Shown here piece after piece: positions 20,353-26,801 of a stretch of DNA of 32,000 nucleotides (the first letter of the stretch is position 1; every line of letters starts with the position of its first letter). This stretch comes from an uncultured Chloroflexia bacterium. Lineage in GTDB: Bacteria; Chloroflexota; Ktedonobacteria; Ktedonobacterales; JADMIN01. Location: contig CAVRAI010000010.1 in NCBI GenBank assembly GCA_963718915.1, forward strand, positions 1 through 32,000, in the 5' to 3' direction. The position numbers were made by a program, and so were the translations under genes. A model generated the notes under the pieces. The model saw only the letters and a list, made by a program, of their open reading frames with translations, had not been told where the DNA came from and did not search any database.

Positions 20353-20532
20353 TGCCTCGCTCCTTCCAGGAGAGAAGCCAGGCGTATCGGTTATTGTTAC
20401 CCGACGGTTTGGGTTGGCTTCTACCTGTATTAGACGAAAGACGCGGGCCATCTGTGCATGATGCTAATCGCTGTCTTTTGGGAGGAGGGCGCTATTCATT
20501 GCCCGAACGTTGCGCCTGGACGACCAATGCCA

Positions 20533-21117
20533 CTAGATGGGCACTTCCCAGACGGGGAACCAGCGCTCCAGCTCCGGCTCGACGGGCAGTTCTTTGCCGA
20601 TGGCGGCGTTCAGTCGCATCTCCTCGGCGTTGTCGCGTCGGCGCTGGGGATCGTTGATATCGGTTTCGGGGACGAACGGATAGAAGTAGCCGCGCTTGTA
20701 GTTGTACATCCAGTAGACTTCGTGGCCCTTCTCATCCTTGAAGGCGAACATCGCGAACATCAGCATGCTGCCATAGCCCTTCGAGAGCAGCGTCTCGCTG
20801 GCGACGTGCAGTGTGGTGACGAGCGCCTGGAAGTCTTTGCCGCTGAAGATAAACCAGCGATAGTTGAACTTATCCTCGAAGGGCTTGATGCTCAGTTGAT
20901 CGTCGCGGCTCGTCAGTTCGAGCAGTTGCTCCAGTTCCTTCTGGATATCTTTGAACGGGCCAGATGCGACACCCTTGAAGCAGATCGCCGCGTTGCCAGT
21001 TGGCGTCAGGTGCTGGTCGGTTTCGAGCGTCAGTTGCGCCGTGGACATGGCGAACAGCCGCTCCGGGCCAACCGGAACCGGCTTTTGGCGACCGAACAGT
21101 GTGTCGAAGAAGCCCAT
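20533..21117 (-). CDS. Conserved hypothetical protein downstream of htpX (possibly PspAB-like)
   Basis: 194-aa ORF with GGAGA 8 nt upstream: MGFFDTLFGRQKP ... YWMYNYKRGYFYPFVP. The PspAB assignment is from memory of RefSeq naming and is not verified. Confidence 0.6.
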   Translation of the reverse strand: MGFFDTLFGRQKPVPVGPERLFAMSTAQLTLETDQHLTPTGNAAICFKGVASGPFKDIQKELEQLLELTSRDDQLSIKPFEDKFNYRWFIFSGKDFQALVTTLHVASETLLSKGYGSMLMFAMFAFKDEKGHEVYWMYNYKRGYFYPFVPETDINDPQRRRDNAEEMRLNAAIGKELPVEPELERWFPVWEVPI

Positions 21118-21215
21118 TGATATATCTCCAATGTATGCGTGCCGATAGTGATGTTAGTGTATAACATGGCGAAGAATGGGGCCAACGGGCGTCTTTTGCC
21201 TACTGGGCGACGCTC

Positions 21216-21246
21216 GCCGTAGCCTGAAGGCTACGGCTAATCCTGA
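21216..21246 (+). repeat. REP-like hairpin repeat (GCCGTAGC...GCTACGGC-TAATCCTGA)
   Basis: GCCGTAGCC-TGAA-GGCTACGGC (9-bp stem, tetraloop) followed by TAATCCTGA. A degenerate relative without stem potential lies at 21334..21365. Confidence 0.75.
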
Positions 21247-21387
21247 TCCACTCGTGTTCGCCTTCTACAAGCAAAGAAGCTCAACGCACGAGACTAGCCG
21301 CACTCTACGGGCCGCTGGCGCTACGCTCGCGCGCCTGCGGGCTTCAGCCTGCGGCCTGCTCGCCTCACAGTCAAACCTCGCCATTCC

Positions 21388-21462
21388 GATCCGCTCGATC
21401 CGCTGCCGATCCGCTGCCGATCCGCTGCCGATCCGCTGCCGATCCGCTGCCGATCCGCTGCC
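21388..21462. repeat. 11-bp tandem repeat (GATCCGCTGCC) x6 plus one 9-nt degenerate unit
   Basis: Six perfect 11-nt units span 21397..21462, preceded by GATCCGCTC at 21388..21396. The array ends 7 nt from the htpX stop codon (21470..21472). Confidence 0.95.
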
Positions 21463-21469
21463 ATTGCCA

Positions 21470-22438
21470 TTACAGATTGCGCGCGCTCTCCATCTGCTGC
21501 TGCATCTCCTGCAACTGCGCCAGTCGCTTCTCCAGCGAGGGGTGTGTCGAGAAGAGCGTCGCCAGCGAATCGCCCTTGAGCGCGGGCACGATGAACAATG
21601 CATTGACCGCTGTCGCCTGCCGGAAGTCTTTCGCCGGAATACGGTTACCTTCGATGGTGCCGCTAATGCGCATCAGCGCCGAGGCCAGATGCTCTGGTGC
21701 GCCGGTAATCAGCGCCGAGCCGCGGTCAGCCGCCAGTTCGCGATAGCGCGAGAGTGCGCGGATCAGGATGAAGCTGATGACATACGTGACGACCGACGCC
21801 AGAATCGCGATCAGCACGATCATGCCGCCGTTGTCGTTGTTGCCACCGCCACGACGCCCATAGCCACCGCCCATGCCGCCAAACATCGCGGACCACATGA
21901 AGCTACGCACCAGCAGCGCGGCGATCATCGAGAAGAACGTCGCAATCGTCATCACCAGCATGTCGCGGTTGATGATGTGTGTCAACTCGTGCGCGACCAC
22001 CGCCTCGATCTCTGGCTGTGACAGCCCACTGCCCTGCATGAGGCCGGTCGTGATGGCAACCACAGCATGATTGGCGTCGCGTCCCGTGGCGAAGGCGTTC
22101 GGAATCGAAGTCTCGACGATAGCAATCTTCGGCTTGGGCAGATTGGCCTGCGCCGCCAGCCGACCGATCATATCGTGAAGCTGTGGCGCCTGCTGTTCAT
22201 CGACAAATTGCGCCTTCATCGAAGAAAGCGCGATCTTATCGGAGAAGAACAGCTGGAAGCCAGCAATCAATAGCGCGCCGATAATAAGCAGCGGCCAGGG
22301 TATGTGAACCACAAATCCCAGGACACCGACGAAGGCGACGTAAACCAATCCCAGCAGAAACATGGTCAGCACCATGCGTGCCGCTAACCCGGCGTCTGGC
22401 TTATACCAGCGTGGTTTTCCCTGCGTTGCCATGCTCAA
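21470..22438 (-). CDS. htpX: Zinc metalloprotease HtpX (peptidase M48)
   Basis: HELTHIINRD (HExxH), four TM segments and a Gly-rich insert GGMGGGYGRRGGG. GAGGAG lies 8 nt upstream of ATG 22438. Confidence 0.92.
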   Translation of the reverse strand: MSMATQGKPRWYKPDAGLAARMVLTMFLLGLVYVAFVGVLGFVVHIPWPLLIIGALLIAGFQLFFSDKIALSSMKAQFVDEQQAPQLHDMIGRLAAQANLPKPKIAIVETSIPNAFATGRDANHAVVAITTGLMQGSGLSQPEIEAVVAHELTHIINRDMLVMTIATFFSMIAALLVRSFMWSAMFGGMGGGYGRRGGGNNDNGGMIVLIAILASVVTYVISFILIRALSRYRELAADRGSALITGAPEHLASALMRISGTIEGNRIPAKDFRQATAVNALFIVPALKGDSLATLFSTHPSLEKRLAQLQEMQQQMESARNL

Positions 22439-22698
22439 AGCTCCTCAGCGACTCATGCCTCCAAGGCGCACTCGCTGTATGTGTTCGCGACAGAATCCAG
22501 TGCGCGCCAGCAATCCATCCGCGATCCTGCCCCCTGCTGGCGCACACACTCATCAGGTATACGCTTCAGTCCGGTCACGAGTAGCATAGCGCAATAGCCA
22601 TGCCCAGTCCAGTTTATCGCGATTGGATGAGAAGGTTCCAATCTCCCGGCGAATCTTGTCTTCGAGGCTTATTGTTTATTGCTGAAAGGAAGGATTAC

Positions 22699-23580
22699 AT
22701 GTCCAAATCGATTCGTTTTGGTGTTGTCAGCAGTGGGGCGCCTTCGCACGATGAGTGGGTCGCGCTGGCGCGCCGGGTGGAGGCGCTTGGCTATTCCAGC
22801 CTGCTGATGCCAGATCGCCTGATGACGTCGTTGGCTCCGTGGACAGCACTGGCGACTGCCGCCGCCGCGACCACTACGCTGCGTATCGGCAGCCATGTCT
22901 TCGCCAACGATTATCGCCATCCCGTTATCCTGGCGCACGAGGCTGCGACGCTGGATGTGCTCTCGAATGGTCGCTTTGAGCTGGGACTTGGCGCGGGCGT
23001 TGGCCAACCCGACTACGACCAGATGGGGCTGCCGTTCGATAGCCCCGGCGTGCGGGTCAGTCGAGTGGCGGAGGCGCTGCGGATCATCAAACTGTACTTT
23101 ACCGGGGATGTCGTCAACTTCAGCGGCGCGCATTATACGGTTACTGGCCTGCGCGGCCAGCCTAGACCGGTTCAGCAGCCACACCCGCCCATCTTCATCG
23201 GCAGCTCGGGCAGGCGCATGCTGACCCTCGCCGCGCGCGAGGCGAACAGCATTGGCCCGGAAGTCTGGCCAGCGCGACCAGGAGAAACCAGAGTCGATGT
23301 GTCGCGAGAGGACAAAGTGGAATGGATTCGCGAGGCTGCCGGGGAACGATTCGACCAGTTAGAGCTCTGCCAGACGATCTTTGACATCGTGATAACAGAT
23401 AGTCCTAGCCCGGCTGTGCAGCCACGCTGGTCATCCATGCCGCCACGGGAAATGACCACCGAACAGGCGATCACGTACCTGCGCGACCAATACGAGCGTG
23501 TCGGCTTCTCATATTTCCACGCATCTGAGTCGCAACTGGAAAATCTCGCGCCTGTCGTCGCCCACCTGGCTACCTCATAA
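22699..23580 (+). CDS. Luciferase-like monooxygenase (LLM) family oxidoreductase, possibly F420-dependent
   Basis: MSKSIRFGVV ... GYSSLLMPDRL ... FELGLGAG ... HPPIFIGSSG. AAGGAAGGA lies upstream of ATG 22699. Cofactor specificity cannot be read from the sequence. Confidence 0.8.
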   Translation: MSKSIRFGVVSSGAPSHDEWVALARRVEALGYSSLLMPDRLMTSLAPWTALATAAAATTTLRIGSHVFANDYRHPVILAHEAATLDVLSNGRFELGLGAGVGQPDYDQMGLPFDSPGVRVSRVAEALRIIKLYFTGDVVNFSGAHYTVTGLRGQPRPVQQPHPPIFIGSSGRRMLTLAAREANSIGPEVWPARPGETRVDVSREDKVEWIREAAGERFDQLELCQTIFDIVITDSPSPAVQPRWSSMPPREMTTEQAITYLRDQYERVGFSYFHASESQLENLAPVVAHLATS

Positions 23581-23613
23581 GGTGAAGCGCAACCGCCAGG
23601 GCAACGGACAACG

Positions 23614-23646
23614 AAAAAGCCACCGGAAGTATCGGACTCCGGTGGC
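23614..23646 (-). terminator. Rho-independent terminator for the 23655..24002 gene; possibly also serves the convergent LLM gene
   Basis: GCCACCGGA (23619..23627) pairs with TCCGGTGGC (23638..23646): 9 bp with a 10-nt loop. The minus strand reads hairpin + TTTTT (23614..23618), 8 nt after the stop codon. Confidence 0.8.
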
Positions 23647-23654
23647 CTCGCGCG

Positions 23655-24002
23655 CTAGTCTTTGTTCTGGCGCTCTTTCTCTTTCAGCGCTTTGTAATAC
23701 TGACGCGACCGCGGATGGCGCTCGCTATCCTCGTAGGCTGGCCGCACGTCGTCGTCGCTGGGTTTTCGCCCCTCCAGGCCGTCAATGATTTCTTGCAGGT
23801 CATTATAGATGGCGTAATTATCAATTGCTTCGCGCTGGCGCAGGAGGTGGCGCAGCATCATCATCTGGGAGAATGAGGTCGAGCTGTTCCGCTCGGATTC
23901 GGCGCGTTTGATGAATTTATCGACCAGGTCAATCGAGTCTTCGTTTGCGCCATTCTGTTCGAGTTGCTCGCGGATGGCCTCTAACTGTTCGTATGCATTC
24001 AT
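23655..24002 (-). CDS. Small helical hypothetical protein (115 aa) with basic C-terminal tail
   Basis: ATG 24002 (MNAYEQLEAIREQLEQ) has GAGGAAG 3 nt (GAGGA 5 nt) upstream. The tail reads HPRSRQYYKALKEKERQNKD. The gene is flanked by its own promoter and terminator. No family recognised. Confidence 0.65.
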   Translation of the reverse strand: MNAYEQLEAIREQLEQNGANEDSIDLVDKFIKRAESERNSSTSFSQMMMLRHLLRQREAIDNYAIYNDLQEIIDGLEGRKPSDDDVRPAYEDSERHPRSRQYYKALKEKERQNKD

Positions 24003-24074
24003 CGCTTCCTCGCTCCCTTCAGGCGTACTCTCGTGTGTCTGGCACAGAATGCGCGATGGGCATTCCAGCAAGTC

Positions 24075-24104
24075 ATTATATCGCATAGAAAAAAACGGTG
24101 TCAT
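24075..24104 (-). promoter_or_regulatory. Putative strong sigma70-type promoter for the 115-aa gene
   Basis: The minus strand reads ATGACA (24104..24099), an 18-nt spacer containing T7, then TATAAT (24080..24075). Confidence 0.45.
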
Positions 24105-24109
24105 GCCGA

Positions 24110-24138
24110 CGTGCCATTATCGTGCCATTATCGTGCCA
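24110..24138. repeat. 11-bp direct repeats CGTGCCATTAT x2 plus partial CGTGCCA
   Basis: Read directly in the divergent intergenic region, immediately outside the -35 element of the minus-strand promoter. Confidence 0.85.
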
Positions 24139-24231
24139 ACGCTCTGCCATAGCGCGCATGGTATGCTCTGTGTAGCGTAAGCGGCGTCGGCGTGGAATAC
24201 GTTGCCTGAAGAACAGGATAGGAGGCGTCAG

Positions 24232-24564
24232 GTGTTCTATCGCCGCGACCGCCCGGCGTCGCTCGCCGTGACGGTGATCCTCTTGATGCTCTGGCTCCTG
24301 CTGGCGGTCTATCTCATCACCCATCCCGATTTGGTCAGTATCATCGTGCTGGTGGTCACCGCGCTCTTCGCCGGATTCGCCGTCTTCGTCTCGTTTGTGG
24401 TACGGCGGGCGGAGAGTGAGCAGCCCGACGACCTCACCTACATGCCATCCAGAGATATGGCCAACGGCCACCATCGCGTCATCCCAATGGCTGATGACAC
24501 GCAGAACACCGATGCGAACACGATGCAACGGGAGATTCCAGACGAGGGAGGCGATACCCCATGA
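24232..24564 (+). CDS. Small 2-TM membrane protein, unknown function
   Basis: GTG 24232 lies 6 nt after GGAGG (24221..24225). Two TM segments: LAVTVILLMLWLLLAVYLI and IIVLVVTALFAGFAVFVSFVV. It has an acidic tail, and its stop overlaps the next ATG (ATGA at 24561..24564). Confidence 0.6.
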   Translation: MFYRRDRPASLAVTVILLMLWLLLAVYLITHPDLVSIIVLVVTALFAGFAVFVSFVVRRAESEQPDDLTYMPSRDMANGHHRVIPMADDTQNTDANTMQREIPDEGGDTP

Positions 24565-25751
24565 GCGATGCCGCGCCACGCATGTACGGAACCGAGCGCC
24601 AGATGCAGATCTATCTGGCGGGCATGCAGGGACAACGCCCAACGACGCCGATGACCTACGAGCAACTGGAGGAGCAGGCGCGCCAGCGGCTGAGCGCTGA
24701 GGCGTTCGGCTACGTGGCGGGCGGCGCGGGCGGCGAGGAGACTATGCGGGCCAATCGCGCGGCGTTCGAGCGCTGGCAGATTGTCCCACGCATGCTGCGG
24801 GACGTCAGCCAGCGCGATCTGCGGGTACAGGTGCTGGGAGCGTCCATGCCCGCGCCGGTGATGCTCGCGCCCATCGGGGTGCAGTCTATCGTCCATCCCG
24901 AGGCGGAGGTGGCGGTTGCGCGGGCGGCGGCCTCGATTGGTGTGCCGTTCATCCTCAGCACGGCATCCTCGAAGACGATGGAAGAGGTGGCCCAGGCGGC
25001 GGACGCGGCGGGCACTGCGCCGCGCTGGTACCAGCTCTACTGGGGGCGCGATCCCGAGTTGACGGCGAGCTTTCTCAGCCGTGCCGAAAAGGCGGGCTAT
25101 AGCGCCATCGTCGTGACGCTCGATACGCCGATACTGAGCTGGCGCGAGCGCGATATCTCGCTGGCCTACCTGCCCTTCCTGCTGGGCGAGGGCATCGCCA
25201 ACTATCTGAGCGATCCGGTCTTCCGCGCCTCGCTGCCCCAGCCGCCAGAAGATAATCCGCAGGCGGCGGTGATGCGCTTCGTCCAGGTATTCTCTAACCC
25301 CACGCTGACCTGGGACGATTTGAAGTTCTTGCGCGAGCATACCAGCCTGCCATTGCTGCTCAAAGGCATCCTGCACCCTGAGGACGCCAGCCGGGCGCTG
25401 GATGCTGGCGCGGCGGGCATCATCGTCTCGAATCATGGTGGCCGCCAGGTGGATGGCGCGATTCCCGCGCTCGACGCGCTGCCAGGTGTCGTCGCGGCGG
25501 TGCGGGGGCGCGCGCCGGTGCTCTTCGATAGCGGCATCCGGCGCGGGGCCGATGTCTTCCGCGCGGTGGCGCTGGGGGCGAGTGCGGTGCTGCTGGGGCG
25601 TCCCTACATGTGGGGGCTGACGCTCGGCGGCGAGGCGGGTGTGCGCGATGTCGTGCTCAATACGCTGGCCGACCTCGACCTGACGCTGGCGCTCAGCGGC
25701 TACACCTCCTGCGCGCAACTGACGCCGGAGGCGCTACGGCGCGCGGAGTAA
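24561..25751 (+). CDS. FMN-dependent alpha-hydroxy-acid oxidising enzyme (lactate 2-monooxygenase / L-lactate oxidase-like)
   Basis: Motifs: YVAGGAG, WYQLY, LLLKGI, SNHGGRQ, DSGIRRGADV, LLGRPY. Length and layout match my memory of mycobacterial lactate 2-monooxygenase. Confidence 0.88.
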   Translation: MSDAAPRMYGTERQMQIYLAGMQGQRPTTPMTYEQLEEQARQRLSAEAFGYVAGGAGGEETMRANRAAFERWQIVPRMLRDVSQRDLRVQVLGASMPAPVMLAPIGVQSIVHPEAEVAVARAAASIGVPFILSTASSKTMEEVAQAADAAGTAPRWYQLYWGRDPELTASFLSRAEKAGYSAIVVTLDTPILSWRERDISLAYLPFLLGEGIANYLSDPVFRASLPQPPEDNPQAAVMRFVQVFSNPTLTWDDLKFLREHTSLPLLLKGILHPEDASRALDAGAAGIIVSNHGGRQVDGAIPALDALPGVVAAVRGRAPVLFDSGIRRGADVFRAVALGASAVLLGRPYMWGLTLGGEAGVRDVVLNTLADLDLTLALSGYTSCAQLTPEALRRAE

Positions 25752-25763
25752 GCTGGGCGGGCG

Positions 25764-25794
25764 AGGCAGACCGTAGCGTAAACGCTACGGCTAA
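25764..25794 (+). repeat. REP-like hairpin repeat (GGCAGA-CCGTAGCG-TAAA-CGCTACGG-CTAAT)
   Basis: 8-bp stem 25770..25777 pairs with 25782..25789. It is centred in the 59-nt gap between convergent stops at 25751 and 25811 and is a likely bidirectional terminator. Confidence 0.75.
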
Positions 25795-25810
25795 TTTCCG
25801 CGATGCGCAA

Positions 25811-26770
25811 TCAGTGTCGCTCATCGGTATCGCCAAAGGTCACGGGTGGGATATCCAAGGCGGCGCAGACGCGCGCCGTATCGGCATGGTGCGCCGCGGT
25901 GGGGCGGGCGTATTCGAGGCACCAGAGCAACTGATAGATCGGGCGGCGCTTGGGGTAGTCCGCTGCGATGGGTTGGGATGCGGTGTAGCCCTCGCGGAAG
26001 CCGTCGCCCATCATGTCGCGCCAAAGCTCCAGTCGCGCGATATCTGACTCCGAACAGCCCGCCCACGCGCTGCCGAAGTCGAGCACCGCTGAGATGCGCC
26101 AGTCGTCGTCCGGTTCGTCGCCCGGAACAAGCAGCAGGTTGTTGGGGTTCAGGTCTTCATGCGTCAGCCGTGGCTCGGCGAGGTTCGCGAAGTCGCTGGC
26201 GTGCGCCTGAAGCACCGCAGCGAAGAGGTCGGCGTGCGCGGGATTGGCGATACGCCTTCGCGCGCGGGCTACGAGGGCATCCAAACTCCCCTCTCCTCGC
26301 AGGAGAGGGGTTGGGGGTGAGGTTCTGTCCTCCTCCACCTCGCCAAATTGTGGGTAGCGCAGGCTGTGCAGCGCTGCGGTGGCCTCGCCCAACTGGCGGA
26401 AGATGTCGTAGCGGGCGTGCGGCGACATGCGCTTCAACCCGTCTCGCCAGGCCATCCCCGGCGCGTGCGCCATCATCAGGTAGCGCCAGGGGAAACGCTG
26501 GCACGAGTCTTCCACCGCCAGCGCCTCGCAGACCGGAACGGGTGTCTCGCGGGCAACCCGCTGCTGGATGGCGGCCTCGCGCGAGAAACAGGTCGTCGAT
26601 GTGGCGTCCGCCAGCTTCAAGACGATCACCCGCGCCGGGAAGACTAGCGTGGCAAAGACCACCGCGTGGTCGTCCCCATGCGTGACCGGATGCCACGCCA
26701 GCACGCGGCACTTCTGGCCAAAGACCTCGCGCGCCAGGGCCTCGATATCGTCGCGTGCCAGTTCGGGCAT
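25811..26770 (-). CDS. Phosphotransferase-family kinase (APH fold) carrying an in-frame repeat-element insertion
   Basis: THEDLNPNNLLL (HxDxxxxN) and VLDFGSAWAG. ATG 26770 (MPELARDD) is preceded by purine-rich GAGAGAG. TTG 26788 is the track start. Confidence 0.8.
   Translation of the reverse strand: MPELARDDIEALAREVFGQKCRVLAWHPVTHGDDHAVVFATLVFPARVIVLKLADATSTTCFSREAAIQQRVARETPVPVCEALAVEDSCQRFPWRYLMMAHAPGMAWRDGLKRMSPHARYDIFRQLGEATAALHSLRYPQFGEVEEDRTSPPTPLLRGEGSLDALVARARRRIANPAHADLFAAVLQAHASDFANLAEPRLTHEDLNPNNLLLVPGDEPDDDWRISAVLDFGSAWAGCSESDIARLELWRDMMGDGFREGYTASQPIAADYPKRRPIYQLLWCLEYARPTAAHHADTARVCAALDIPPVTFGDTDERH
26286..26323 (-). repeat. Palindromic repeat element, copy B, inside the kinase CDS
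   Basis: The minus strand reads ACCTCACCCCCAACCCCTCTCC-TGCGA-GGAGAGGGGAG, with a 9-bp stem (26288..26296 with 26302..26310). It is translated in frame as TSPPTPLLRGEGS. Confidence 0.8.
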
Positions 26771-26801
26771 ATCGGCCTGCTCTCTCAACCGTCAACGATC
26801 A

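Noticed and set aside
21388-21462. Possibility that the 11-mer array (or the 30-nt periodicity at 11700..12360) is a CRISPR array.
   Set aside because: The units are contiguous with no spacers and are far shorter than CRISPR repeats. The 30-nt periodicity is coding sequence for pentapeptide repeats. No cas genes are present.
21176-22021. 281-aa plus-strand ORF spanning the htpX-proximal repeats and running antisense into htpX.
   Set aside because: It is built from repeat translation (RSAADPLPI repeated) plus an antisense shadow of htpX, and has no SD.
24438-25718. 426-aa ORF antisense to the lactate-monooxygenase-like gene. Similar long shadow ORFs lie at 15857..16849, 30637..31632, 7214..8074, 20458..21120, 25846..26685 and 4148..4879.
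   Set aside because: They are R/A/G/P-rich and low in complexity, and lack family motifs and SD sites. Each lies fully opposite a gene with strong motifs. This is the expected stop-codon-poor antisense frame of GC-rich DNA.
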